In this document: positions 1 through 13,300 of the stretch, piece by piece
Layout of the letters: each line of letters opens with the position of its first letter
Numbering within the stretch: position 1 is the stretch's first letter
Made by a program: the position numbers and the translations under genes
DNA from: Podarcis muralis
Taxonomy: Eukaryota
DNA length: 64,000 nucleotides
NCBI RefSeq assembly: GCF_964188315.1
Contig: NC_135669.1
Location: forward strand, 20,274,001-20,338,000
Reading direction: 5' to 3'
Notes under the pieces: generated by a model
Database searches by the model: none
Told to the model about the DNA's origin: nothing
What the model saw: only the letters and a program-made list of their open reading frames with translations

Positions 1-605
1 TATTTCAGGCTCATTTCTCTAACTCCCATGCACATTGCACAACCTCCAATAGTTAATCAGAAGAAGAGCCTAATCCTAAGAGTGTTTACTCAGGAGTAAT
101 AGCTGTACAACCTGTTATTGAGCATTCATTCTGCCTTGTTTGCGCAGTTTGTGGGGAAGTTAGATGATGTCACTTGGTTTTTTGAACATTAATTCTTATT
201 TGTTTGTGGGAAGGTTAGATGACATCAAGTCAAAAACTTTCCAGTCCATTTTCTCATTTCCTTAACAAATAAAGTCGTTTTTGGAAAAGCTGATTTATTA
301 CACAAGTGCTCCAAATCAACTTTAATTTCTGGCATGTAACTGAATCCCACTCAAAAAACACTATGGACTGAGAGTGCCCTATGGAATGTGTTACAATTTC
401 AGTTGTTAAAAGGCAGCGGTTCTATCCACGCACAAAAAAAGGCAACCCAAATGGTACACGCTGGCATGCACAAACACATACAGATTTTTTGCTTTCAAAT
501 TCCCAACAATACCCACGCAATATTTTTCGTTTTTTTTTTTAAATTACTAGTTCCTTTTGAGCTGTTTCTACCTTAAAAGTTGGCACAGAAATGCATATAG
601 ATTTT

Positions 606-609
<4 letters not shown>

Positions 610-637
<28 letters not shown>
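610..637. repeat. (TA)n microsatellite
   Basis: Perfect TA run. Confidence 0.95.
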
Positions 638-643
<6 letters not shown>

Positions 644-769
644 CAATTCAGGCTGCAGTTCTTGGGACTGGGAGCAAGTCTCACTAAATGAAAACTTTCT
701 TCTGAGTATGCGTAATCCGCTTTCTCCTTTCCCACCAGAGTCGAGGAAGAAAGTTGCTTTGCAAGGAGC

Positions 770-1070
770 AAGGAGGCGCCTATATACTGGGGCGATGCCT
801 GAGAGGGGGGCTTAGACCCGTCACGGCTACCTTACCCACTTTAAGGAACCAGCAGCGGCCAACCTTGGGATCCACCTCCTCTCCATTGCGCCCCAGGCGA
901 CCTCCCTCCCGCCCATGTTTCTTCCCGGGAAAGGTGCTGGGCGCGCGCTGCAGGCCGCCCTTCGCTCCCAGGTAGCAGCGCCGGCGCGTTCTCGTCGCCA
1001 TGGAGACGGGAGCCAGCCGCGGCCTAGTCCCCCGTTTCCCGCCCCTCCTCCTCCTCCTCCTCCTCTCCCC
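770..1070 (-). promoter_or_regulatory. CpG/GC-rich island, probable DIXDC1 promoter/5' region
   Basis: Dense CpG (GGCGCGCGC, GCGCCGGCGCG) in an AT-rich background, about 9 kb downstream of C11orf52 on the - strand, where DIXDC1 begins in the conserved vertebrate gene order. Confidence 0.6.
836..916 (-). CDS. DIXDC1: Candidate alternative first coding exon of dixin (MGGREVAWGAMERRWIPRLAAAGSLKW)
   Basis: ATG at 916, 27 codons, then a strong donor TGG|GTAAGG in phase 0 inside the CpG island. The assignment rests on synteny; the peptide itself is not recognised. Confidence 0.4.
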
Positions 1071-1206
1071 CCTTCACTCTGGGAGGGAAATAAATTTGTG
1101 CGTCTGATCAGGCTCTGACCTATTTCCAAAAGCTTTCTTTCTCTCCGGGGGGAAAAGTTGTTTCTTCCATTTATATTCATTTGGGGTTTTATCCAATGCT
1201 CATTTA

Positions 1207-1670
1207 CAGTGCCGGCTTTACGCATAAGCTAAACAAGCTATAGCTTAGGGCCCCACTCTCTTGGGGGACCCAAAAAAATTTAAAGGAAAAAACCTGGGTG
1301 TACATTTCCAAAATATAAGATTAAAAAAACAAAAAGCTAAATGCTATAACAGTGTTTTGTGTTGTGTAGGCTCCTATGATGTAAGTAATGGGCCCCGCCT
1401 GCTAGCCTGCTCCCTAAAATATCACTGGTTTGTATTTCACTATTAAAACAATTCTTCTTAATTGTACAGTATTTCAGTTCAACAATTACTTTGATAAAAT
1501 GCATATTTTGTTATGTGCAAATGGCTTTAGATAGGTCCATAAGTTACAATATAGCATATATTCAACACAAAAAAGCAACAATTTTGTTGTTGACAAAGGA
1601 CAGCTGAACATATAAATAGCCCCATTACCTTCAGTAGCTTAGGGCCTTATCAAACCTAAATCCGGCCCTG
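1207..1670 (-). mobile_element. hAT-type MITE
   Basis: TIRs CAGTGCCGGCTTTA / TAAATCCGGCCCTG; perfect 8-bp TSD CTCATTTA; same family as 39737-40191 in the opposite orientation. Confidence 0.85.
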
Positions 1671-2855
1671 CTCATTTAAATGACACCCATTCATTCCAAT
1701 GCATCTGCTCTGAGTTGGACCCTTGGACACATCACTGTAACCTTGGCTGCAAATAGTACACATTCTAAGTGTTGTAGCTTGGCAGGTAGAGCTCATGCTT
1801 TGGGGTATAGGTCTTGTTGATAATTGCGCAATCCTGTTGATAACTGTGCAAGGTAAACACACATACAAATATAAACCAGGTGTCTAAAATAGTATAGGAG
1901 AGCAATCCAAAAGCCATCTTGGCTCTTCTAAAGATTCTTAAATATTTCTTCTGCCTCTTTCATCCCCCTTGCCTGAGAACAGGTAGGCAGATTGCAATCC
2001 GGGGAAGCTCCTGAAGGAATTCCTCTCCTATATCTATTAACCTCCTTTGTATGAATTGTCATTGTTTGCCCAGATGCTCTGCACTGAGGGATGTCTGATG
2101 GGCATTCTGATGGGTCTTATAAAATGCATTAATGTTTTGTGTAAACTGTGTCTGGAACTCTGTGAAACTTGCTAAATCCTCGGGAATATCACCCCTTGTC
2201 CTGCCTGAGCCACAGTAACCCCACCTTATGTGTGATCTAATTTCTGACTGTTTGTAGAGGGGTTTTCCTTCTCCAATTTGGTGGTTCAGAATAAATTCTA
2301 TTTGGCTCTTCCTATAACACCAAAACGCAAACCCTTAAAAGAGATGATTCTTCTCATTCTGGGTCTCTCTTGCCTCCTTTGCTGGGTGGTGGTGGGGAGC
2401 TCTGTTGCAACAGAAAAATAAAGACCTACCTTGCTTTCACTGCATCCTGCCTCCATCTCTGACTGACCATGGACTTAGGGGACTCAATCCCTTGGGGAGT
2501 TGGGCAGCAAAAGCCAACCACCCCTATTTTTCTCTATTATTTGCATGCAGAAGGTCTCAGATTCCATTCCCAACATTCCCAGGGTGGGCTAGGAAAAACC
2601 TTTGCCTGAACTCCTGAAGAGGTGCTGCCAGTCAGTGTTGACAGTACTGGACAAGGTAGAGCAGTGGTCTGACTAAGACAATTTACTGTATTATGTTCTA
2701 AGTGTGATCATATGCTTGTCTACTCACAATCTTATTTCAGTGTATAGAGGATTGCAGCTTTTAAGAAATAAAAAAGAATCTGGGTACAAGCCATGTACAA
2801 TATTATCTAGGAGTAAGCCCTGTTTACACCAGTGGTGATTACTGATAAGTAAGTA

Positions 2856-3217
2856 AGGTAAAAGGTAAAGGTACCCCTGCCCGTACGGGCCAGTCTTGCC
2901 AGACTCTGGGGTTGTGCGCCCATCTCACTCAAGAGGCCGGGGGCCAGCGCTGTCCGGAGACACTTCCGGGTCACGTGGCCAGCGTGACAAGCTGCATCTG
3001 GAGAGCCAGTGCAGCACATGGAACGCCGTTTACCTTCCCGCTGGTAAGCGGTCCCTATTTATCTACTTGCACCTGGGGGTGCTTTCAAACTGCTAGGTTG
3101 GCAGGCGCTGGGACCGAGCAACGGGAGCGCACCCCGCTGCGGGGATTCGAACCGCCAACCTTTCGATCGGCAAGCCCTAGGCGCTGAGGCTTTTACCCAC
3201 AGCGCCACCCGCATCCC
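2856..3217 (-). mobile_element. Sauria SINE, full length
   Basis: tRNA-derived head (GGGATGCGGGTGGCGCTGTGGG...GTTCGAATCC on -) and TTTACCT tail; 12-bp TSD GATAAGTAAGTA (2844-2855, 3218-3229). Confidence 0.9.
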
Positions 3218-4597
3218 GATAAGTAAGTACATACATATTATAGGATTGAAGCTATAATGTATACTACATACAGTTAGCTACCTGGCCCCACTGGCCTTAG
3301 AGTTGTTTACGTCTTAGTAAAGCATGCGTAAGGTTGCTTTCAAAAAAGTGTATGTACATAGATTGCAGCTTCCAGAAATAAAAGAAAAATGGCTGCAATC
3401 CATATTCTGAGTTACCTGAAAATTAGCCCTGCTTAATTGCTCTGTGTGTAAACTCACGCTCTTAACACATAAAGTTGTACAGAAGGGAAACTTTGTGCAT
3501 GCTGAGAAAGACTGAAAGAAGGGGAAATGATATAATTATTAACCCAGCAATAGGAAACAGACAAAAGCAAATCGCACAAGAGGGAAATTCAAGAGTGAAT
3601 AAAGCTTCAGAGAAGTATCAAGAGGAAGCCCCTAGAATATTTCAAGGTAAAGAGTTCCACAGAGAAGTAGCCACAAGAAAATAATTTCAGATATGAGAAA
3701 TGGAGAGGTTTAAGCAGATTAATGCACTTCAAACATATACTGGTAGGTGCATAATTTTCCATCCCCCATATAATTCTCTAAATTTCCACCGCCTCACTTT
3801 GCCATTTCAAATCCTCTATAAATCATCCTCCCAATTAAAATTATGTTTTTTCATTAGTGTCTTACATAGCCAACCACAGTTCTTATCTCCAGACACTAAA
3901 CAAAGAAGTAATTGGAGGAGGAGGAGGAAAGTAAATGTGAAGAAAAATAGGGAGAGGAGGAAAATGGGGGCAGGGGAACCATCCCTGGGTTTTTTCCCCT
4001 GGGTGCAATGTGTCTTTGAACTCTGATGCCTTTTTTTACTTTCCACGATAAATGATAGGGGTGGGTGAGTGTGTCCCAAGTGACAGAGACCAGGGTGAAG
4101 AGGTGCATCTTTTACAGAGGACAGCATCAGAAGGGGTCTTTTTGATCCAAGTCTGGTTTTAGGAGACCAACATGAAGTTGTTCATCAGTGGCTAGCTTCT
4201 GGACAGCAGACTAAGCAGGCACACAGGTCACCTGGCCACAGTCTTCCCTACTATGGAGTGATGGACTGTATTTGTATTTAAATTGTAGACATTTAATTAA
4301 AATGTATGTATGTAATAAATAGAATTTTCCTAGATATTACCATGTATTTAAAGGCTGAATTGATGTCTTCCTCAACAAAGTTCAACAACTATAATGTATC
4401 AATTCATGTAAAACCAATAAAAATATTTATTTAAAAAGAGACCAAAAAAACCCACCCAGGCTTGTCCTGGTTTTTTTAAACAGAATAAATTATGCAAGTC
4501 TGATCTCTCTTTTTGGGTGACACACATGAAGACTAGTCTTAAACTACAGGGTGAGTCTTTTAAAGGACTCACCCTGCATATTGAATAATAGGCTATA

Positions 4598-4826
4598 CAG
4601 TGGTACCTTGGGTTAAGAACTTAATTCGTTCTGGAGGTCTGTTCTTAACCTGAAACTGTTCTTAACCTGAAGCACCACTTTAGCTAATGGGGCTTCCTGC
4701 TGCTGCTGCCACGCCACTGCTGCACGATTTCTGTTCTCATCCTGAAGCCAAGTTCTTAACCCGAGGTACTATTTCTGGGTTAGCGGAGTCTGTAACCTGA
4801 AGCGTATGTAACCCGAGGTACCACTG
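4598..4826 (+). mobile_element. TcMar-Tigger/pogo-like MITE, family A
   Basis: TIRs CAGTGGTACC...GGTACCACTG, TA TSD; near-identical copies at 23432, 29672, 46434 and 60012. Confidence 0.9.
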
Positions 4827-7745
4827 TATAGCACTCTTTTGCATTATGCATTCAGTGTACTCCCACCACTGTTTTGGGATACAGTGTACACACAGCAGTA
4901 ACCACAGTCCATATCTATCCAGCATCTATAGTGTCATTTCACGTGAAAGACTTTGTCAACCCGAATTGAGAAAAAGAATGAACTAGCTGTGTTTTAAACT
5001 GGCAATGCATACACAGCTGTACAGTATTCTGACAAGTCAGTGCCCAGGTGCTTAGGAATAAATTCAGATGACTTTGTTGTAAGATTAATACGCTTCATAT
5101 ACACTCAGAGGACCTCTTATTCTTATTATTGCTTGACATCTTTTGCAAATGAACATCTGCATTCAAAACAGATTCTGGGACTCAACTCTAATGAGATGTG
5201 ACTCAAGATAAGCCCAGGATGGAAAATAACAGTTCTGATCAATATGCCTTGATCAAATAAAATCATATACATTGTTAAGGTGGTAAAGAGCAATCAGAAA
5301 CCAGAACAATCTCCAGTGTTAACTATAAAAAATATTTATTTGCAATAATAAAATGTGCAGCCCCTAAACCCAGGAGCCAGGAAGTTCTCCATTAACTATT
5401 TCCAATATTTTTATGAACAATAATCAAATGCTGGTGGAGGAAAAATCCCATTCAAAGACAGTATCCACAGAGGTGTTTGCAGAAAGTTTCCTTTTAGTAA
5501 AACACATTTAGTTATACTGTTCATTATACAAATCATTACAATAAAATCAGAATAATTCAGGATATATACAGATTCTTTTTCTGCTTTTCAGCTTTGCTTG
5601 TGCTGAAAATAAATAGGAATAGCTTTCCTTCATATAATATTTAACAGTGTGACAAGCTGCTAAGTGCTACCTTTTGCCAGTATAAGCTAGTTCAGGACTG
5701 ACCTAATTCAACTTATGACCATTTAACGACTTGGATAAAGCTCAACTTTTATTCATTACTCAATGCATGCATGAAGGTAAACATCATGAGCAAGACCAAA
5801 TATTTTTTTAATAGCAAAACATATTGACTTCTGCCTTCTCCAGCTGTTCCCACTGTAATAAATATATGATTTTATTAATTAACTGTATCCTACCAGGATC
5901 CAGAGCAAAATTGTCTGAAGTGCAATACAGCTGTCAAGCTGAAATTAACCCACTGGAGGACAGTTTGATGCATGGATGCATAACCCTGTGTAGCACTGAG
6001 GTCACATTTCCTGAGCTACAAGCAACAGCTGATCCGCATGTCTACATTGACATGTAATTAACATAATTTAGATGGCACTAAGCCACAAGTGAGCGATACC
6101 TTGCACTTCCTCCGGATGTCATTTGTTTAAACATAGGGAAAGCACTATAGAAAATTGTTTGAAGATAAGAAACTGAAATATTCAATGCCAATTTAAGTGC
6201 ATGTCCAAAGAGTCCAGCAACAAGAATACTCTGTTTTTTTAAATATTTGATGGCATCATAGTTTAGCCCCAGCTGAAGGTGTGGTTCATTACCAAGAAGT
6301 TACAACACTTGTGAAAATCAATTAAATAGGTATCAGTTTTGGTTGTTTATTGGAAGCCTAGGAAACTGTTTTCAAACTTCAGTTTCTCCAGCTCTGTGTC
6401 TTCTGTGGCATTAAACTTTCACTAAGCAGCCAATGCTGTATCTTAGCGCCAGCTGAATCCTTCACTAAAGGTGACTAAAGGCTTGTTATTGTGCATCCTG
6501 ATATTCAAAATTCAAAATCCTGAGTAAACCTTGTCAAATCATCAAACAAGATTTCAGGAAGTGCTGTTTTCACCTCTTGAATTCCAGGTGTTTTAAGTAT
6601 TCCTGCTACCTTGAGAACCAGTCTATTAAAAGTGAAACGAGATTGTCAGGATTCTTGTTCAATACGTCAGGCAAAACCACTTGAGTAACTACATACACCC
6701 ATTTCTGGTCTGATCTCATTCCAATTGTTGGAAATAAACAGGAACCAAAAGCCAAGAAGGTGTGTCTGCCTGATCTATAAATCCAGTGCAAATAATAAAA
6801 ATATTTTTTTCAGGTAAATCATCTTGAAACACTTTAAATTTTCACATTTCATCTATTTAGTGCCTGCTAAACAGGCAAAATTGCTGCTATTATTTCCCTT
6901 TCCCTGCAGAGCATTTGATTATTGGTTAAATACATTGCACCTCTAAAACCAGGCGTGTAATACTAGACCCATCTGCAGGCTTCTTAGAGTTCCCCTGGGC
7001 AACCAGAGATAAAATACTGGCTTTGTACAGTGAAGCTCATTTGAGGACAGTGTTTATTGCTGTTACCTCACATGCAGAATATATATATATATACAAAAAG
7101 CCTGAGGCCTTGCTTATCCAATCGCATCAAATGACATGGTTGGAAGACAGCTTTCACATGTTCCATTTTTGTTCCGTCAACTAGACAGACAGAAGAACCA
7201 GTTTGTTTGTGATAACGTAAAGCAGTCTGCAGCCAAGAGCAGAATGAGACCAGCCTCATTCATACACAACACTAATCCAAACCATGCAACAAACTGTAGG
7301 GAAAACCTTGGCCTCAGATTGTGGATAAGGAGGAAAAACCTTAACCAAAATTCCAGGTTCGGTTGATGTGCTAAGCTGAGCATTAGTTTAGGTGCTTGTC
7401 ATCCTGCAATGACATAAATAGCCAAGTGGCTCCAGTCTCCTCCTTAGCAATAGGTTTGCAATTGCATGCACCAACCAGGCCAGAGTGTAAATAAGCTCCT
7501 TTATGCTGCTTGCTAACTGACACCCCAAAGTTGTTTTCTATGGGACAGCCATGTTTCACCCATCATAAAGGCAATTGCCTCTCCAGGGATGCAAGGCTAG
7601 CCATATGAGGGAGGGGTGTTGTGCAGAGGACTCCCCATGTGAAAGACCAGCTTGTTGATGACCAAGCCATGGCCCTGTGCCAGAGAAAGCTCCAGGGGTT
7701 ATGGGGCCGTTGGGCAATCTGCCCTCAGCAGGGGTCCTGCTCCAT

Positions 7746-7814
7746 GGCAAGGCAAGGCAAGGCAAGGCAAGGCAAGGCAAGGCAAGGCAAGGCAAGGCAA
7801 GGCAAGGCAAGGCA
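7746..7814. repeat. (GGCAA)13 pentanucleotide microsatellite
   Basis: Perfect tandem GGCAA units. Confidence 0.95.
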
Positions 7815-7964
7815 GAGGTCAGCCTTGGGTGCAGGGCTAGGTGGAGGCCAGATACCAGCCAACCTGAGGCAGGACAAGTTGGGGAGAATGTCAACTACAC
7901 TCTAGGAAGTGAAAAAGTGATGGCACACCTGCACCATGCATTCAGTACAGTCTTATACCATTTC

Positions 7965-8332
7965 TGACACCCATGTAGCTCTGGGGAAGGTCTCCTAACA
8001 ACTCTCAGTACCCATAAGGATTCTTTGGCAGAAGCCATGGATGTTAAGGTGGCATAGGAGTCCTACTGTGGTATGTAGCAGGAGTGCCTCTGGTCTCTGA
8101 CTGGGCCCTCACTGGGATCTTCTGAATCAGAAGACAGCAATGCCACCTCCTCTGGCCAAAGGAACTCTGAACCCCTCAGGCTCATCAGGTAGCGGCACCT
8201 CTGGGACGTACCCTTCCCCCTTTTGGTTCAGAGTCCTTGGCTTGCTCTCCTGAAGAGGAATCTGCTTTCCGGGCCCTGACACTGAGCCCCCTTCGCCGAG
8301 TGGGTCCAACTCCTCTTCAATCCCTGTCATCA
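7965..8332 (-). mobile_element. Possible LTR-like relic
   Basis: GC-richer block bounded by TGACA...TGTCA; no clean TSD found. Confidence 0.25.
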
Positions 8333-9119
8333 CCACTTGCCTATTCATTTCCCCTCTCTCTCTGGGCCCGAAGCAGAAAACATCCCAGAGGCGATGCAAG
8401 AAGTGAGCGTTGTGCCTCTGTTTTCCCCTGTGCCAGAAAGCAGCTATTCTACGATCATCACAAATTTGTTTTAGACTTTTTGAATTTGTACATGTTATCA
8501 AATATGCTAGAAGAAAGGCAAACACCCAAAGGTCACACCTGTGCTTTCTGCCAAGGTTCCTAGTCCCACTTTTTCCCTTGAAAGGTCAAGCCCGCTTTAC
8601 AAGTGCACAAAGTAACCCAGAAGCCTTGGGAGATCTTACACTGCCTATTCTGGATGAGAAAACTAATAAGCTAATATTAGGATGTGGGAAGTCACTGTTC
8701 ATCACATAATGATCCTTTCACAAGACAACTGTGTTGCATAGAAACTGGGTGCAAAAGTCACATTATGACAACTTTTCTGCCTCAGAAACGGTCAGGTAAA
8801 TCAGCCCCACATGCTGTCACTGAACTTCACTGACACAACCTGTGTACTCTATGAATAGGTGGTTAACATCCGAGAAAATGTAGAACTGTTTTGCCATAGG
8901 TGGAAATGGGGGCTGAGCTTTCTGAAGGCGTTGCCCACACGAACAAAATGAGCTTGCATTCCATGGAGGAAGAGGTATGTCCTGGATTTCCTACACGCAA
9001 ATCACTTGTCGTAGGATTAATCTTATTGAAATGAATGTGATTATGTGGCTGAGTTGAAGACGACTCAAATGGAAGATGTTCTTGGTACATTTGTCCTGTA
9101 GTATCGTGCAGTAATATTT

Positions 9120-9125
9120 TTTATT
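9120..9125 (-). terminator. Candidate polyadenylation signal of C11orf52
   Basis: AATAAA on the - strand about 930 nt after the stop codon. Confidence 0.4.
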
Positions 9126-10049
9126 ATCTGTGTCCGATGAACTGAAATGAAGTCCAAAGATGCTTATGCCATGAAAAAAATGTGTGTTTTTTTCTTTAAG
9201 GTGCCACAAGACTCTCTTTTCTTTTCCTTTTCGCTGCAATGTATTAACCAGGCTACTCCTCTGGATATTGTTGATTATGTTAGTACCTGCTTTCTTTGAA
9301 AAATCACTCTCACTGTGCATCCTAAACGATACTCCCCAGTTGTAATTTCACAGTGAACGTTCATAATATGGTAATGGAATCCAGTTACTATTGATCTGAA
9401 GGGGCGGGGGGGGGCATCACAAATATCTATATTCTTTAGCTCCAAAGGCACTTCCAGACTGTTGCTATTTTAAGTGGGGATTCAATCACATTAAAGTTGA
9501 TTTGCAGTTCTTTCACAAACCTACTTTCCCCCTAAAACTGGACTTTTTGCAATAAGGAAAGCGATGGAGAAATGCACTGAAAGTGTGTGATAAGAATTGC
9601 TTGGCGCAACATCATCTAACCTCCTCACAAACAAATCAGGATGAATACGCAATAAATCACAAAAGTCACCTAAACTCCCTGCAAACAAATCGGGATGAAC
9701 GCTCAACAAACAGGTCATTTGGAAGCAAACCAATATTCCAGCTGTGTCATTCTCACCGTGTAGCTTGGTCTCCCAGTGATATCTTTATATTATAAAAGAA
9801 ACAAAAGAGGAGAGATTCCACTAGCTTCAGAAACGTCTCTGGTCATCTTGCCCCAAATAGTAATTTTCTTGGCATGCTTGGGGAAATGTTTTTGCTCCCG
9901 TTACAACAGTGTCCCCTTATCAGATGCAGCCGAAAGGTGACATACACCCTTCTTAGGTGTTCACCAGCCAAGGAAGCGGAGACACAAAATCCACAACATC
10001 TTGGTCTGAGAGATGCTTCTGTTGTTGGATAGCAAGAAGGGTTCAGCTT

Positions 10050-10301
10050 TTACACCAGAGTGCCATTCTTACTGTCATACTTCAGTGTAGCCCGGGGGAA
10101 GTTGAGGGTGGCATATTCTGTAGTGTTCTGGGACTGGAAGGTCTTCACCTCTTCAGCTGAGCGCTCTCGTATTTTGCTGAAGACCTGGATGTCTGCATAA
10201 TGCACGCTGCTGTCGTCGCGCTTCATGCTCTTCGGCTTGCTCACGGTGGCATAGACTGGGAACTCAGACACGTCGTCATAAACGGGCCCAACATCCATTC
10301 C
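10050..10301 (-). CDS. C11orf52: C11orf52 last coding exon
   Basis: Acceptor TCTCTCTGAAG|GGAATG; encodes GMDV...YDSKNGTLV then TAA. Confidence 0.95.
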   Translation of the reverse strand, partial: GMDVGPVYDDVSEFPVYATVSKPKSMKRDDSSVHYADIQVFSKIRERSAEEVKTFQSQNTTEYATLNFPRATLKYDSKNGTLV

Positions 10302-13300
10302 CTTCAGAGAGAGAGAGAAAGGGGAAGAGATTGAGGAAGGCAAATCTCTCTGAAGCAAGCTCAGCCCAATGAATGTTGGTGCATCAGGCGGGAAACCCAT
10401 ATTTCACCCCTGTTGCATTATATTCACTCCATATTTTTAATGTTAGTTTATAAGGGAAGGACCACAGGTCAGTGATGTGGCACCTGCTTCACATCAGAAG
10501 GTCTTAGGGTCAACCCACAGCATCTACAGGTAGGACTGGAAGAGGCTCACAGTCTGGAACCCTAGAGAACACTCCCAGTCAGTAAATGCAATACAGTCGT
10601 ACCTTGGAAGTTGAACAAAATTCGTTCCAGAAGTCCGTTTGACTTCCAAAACATTTGGAAACCAAAGCATGTCTTCTGATTGGCTGCAGGAAGCTCCTAA
10701 GGCCAATCGGAAGCTGTGGAAGCCCTGTTGGACATTTGGCTTCCAAAAATATTTTCAAAACAGAAAACTCACTTCCGGGTTTCAATTGTTTGGAAGCCAA
10801 TTAGTTTGGGAGCCAAGGCATTTGAGATCCAAGGTACGACTGTACTGGGCTAGGCAGACCAATGGCCTGACTCAGTTTATGGTAGCTTCCTATTCCTGTT
10901 TTAATATTTTAAAGGGGTTTTATTGAGTAGTTTAATTCTGCATGCTCGTATTTTAATGTTATGTGCAATGGGCTTTTATACAAGAGAAAACAGCGCAGAA
11001 ACCGGTCTGGGCTTTAAACAATATATAATATAATAAATAATTACATGGGGCACAATCCACTGGAAAATTCTTCTGCTCGAGCCCACCTGAACATAGGGGG
11101 CTGCCTTATACTGAGTCAGACCATTAGTCAGTGTTGACTGTACTGAGCTAGATGGACTGACAGCAGCTTCCCTGGATATCAGAGATAGTCTCAGCTTTCC
11201 TTAGAGACACTGGGTATCGAACCTGGGACCTTCTGCATGCAAAGCAAGTGTTCTGTGACTGGGCTAGAAGAGAGCTGCTTGCACTCCATTGATCAGAAAA
11301 GTCTGTCTTACTAGCACCAGGCAGAGTCTTACTAACACCAGAGCAAACACTTTCATTATTCCAGATTAATTACTCCAGAATATACATCAACCCATGGTTA
11401 AAAGGTAAAGGTACCCCTGCCCGTACGGGCCAGTCTTGACAGACTCTAGGGTTGTGCGCCTATCTCACTCAAGAGGCCGGGGGCCAGCGCTGTCCGGAGA
11501 CACTTCCGGGTCACGTGGCCAGCATGACGAAGCTGCTCTGGCAGGCCAGAGCAGCACACGGAAACGCTGTTTGCCTTCCCGCTAGTAAGCGGCCCCTATT
11601 TATCTACTTGCACCCAGGGGTGCTTTCGAACTGCTAGGTTGGCAGGCGCTGGGACCGAGCAACGGGAGCGCACCCCGCCACGGGGATTCGAACCGCTGAC
11701 CTTTCGATCGGCAAGCCCTAGGCGCTGAGGCTTTTACCCACAGCGCCACCCGCGTCCCTACAACCCATGGTTATGCATTCATAATTATTGATGACTTCAG
11801 AATTGCAGTTAAACATACATCAGAATCGTATAAGTTGGAAGGTATCCCAAGGGTCTTCTTGTCCAAACCCCTGCAATGCAGGAATCTCAGATAAAGCATC
11901 CATGAGATGTGGCCATCCACCCTCTTTGTAAAAACCTCCAAGGAAGGATGAATGCACCAGAGTAGATGCATTGCGTTTATATGGTTAAAAATGGCCTGAA
12001 TTGAGCACACTCACAAATTGACTAGGCTCATGAAGCTGCACTCACAGCCCTGCAACTCATACGCCTATGTGGCCTCTTGTGCGAATGAATTAGGGTCAAG
12101 AACAGAGTTATAAGGCTGATCCAATAGGCACTACTTCAACTCAAAGCAACACGGCATTGACTCAGCAACATACTTTAGGAGCTTTTGCAATTGGTAGCAA
12201 AGTCTTTTCAGAGGCAGTTTTACCTTCTTGCTCTCTGGGTGCTGCTGGGTGCTTGACTTAATGATTCTTGTACCTGCGGAAGAAACAGCTGATATTTAGA
12301 GAAGCAACATAGCTCATACTAAACAATGATAGGAGAAGCTAAATTAGAACACGATGACTCCAGCAGAATCCTATTAATGTAAAAGGTTGTTTTTAAAACA
12401 GCATGTTGCTAGACCTCATGAGTTTGCAAACACCTCCAAAAATATGTAGGCACTGTGAGGTTTCCAGTAGGCTTCTGGAAATAGAATTATTCCCTCCACC
12501 CAGGCACCAGGACGTTCTTCCTCAACATGTGTTCTGAAACAGCATCATCTCACAAATACAAATCTCTTGTGTGTGAAAGTCAATTGGACCTCAGCTATTA
12601 TTCAGCTATTTGAACACCAAAGAGATCCTGCGCCGAGTGTGAGCCCCCTTCACTGCGACCTTTGTTAATTTTTAACCCAGAGTGAACACATGACCTTCTC
12701 CCATGAGAAAGCCCAGATCCGTTCCTTTGGCAGAAAACTTCCCACGAAGCACTGGGGTACAGACGACCACAGTGGTTAGTGGCCATAGCAACATCTAGCA
12801 GAAGGAATGTAACAGTGGAGTTTTCCTTTCAAGTCCTCCAAGAAACCAAGGAACATTCTGTTTATTCCTCTCTGCTAACTTTGCTGTTTGTCAAGCGATG
12901 TGTTTTGCTAGGCCAGGGCCGCACTGGGCAGCCAGGTAGCAATTCTGTTTATTGTTCTTGGCTCCTGCTTGCTTTTAGGAAGGATGTTTTCAGCTCTAAG
13001 CCCAAAGTCTGAATTTGGATGTTTCTTTGTCTCCGTGTTGATATACGCCTGGTGCACACATAACATTCTAGTTCTGAAAACACCCTGTTTCCAACTGCCC
13101 TTACAGTATTACCCAATCCTGTTCCTGTTTTCTGTTGTTGTTGTCTCTTACCTACCCTTCACCATAAGGTCTCAAAATGGTTTACTGCAATTTTAAATTC
13201 AATATTACAGACCCTCCAAGTGTCACTATTTTCCAGGGACAGTCCAGGATTTACAGAAGCCATCCAGGTTTCTGATTTGATCCCAGAACTTCCCACTTTT

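Noticed and set aside
6606-6791. Possible DIXDC1 alternative exon (…TQVVLPDVLNKNPD…)
   Set aside because: Only a 4-residue resemblance to a recalled mammalian isoform, and the available donor AAG|GTAGCA is phase 2, incompatible with the expected phase-0 junction. It could still be a non-coding exon.
7556-7967. ORFs with GKARQ or ALPCL repeats
   Set aside because: Translations of the (GGCAA)n microsatellite.
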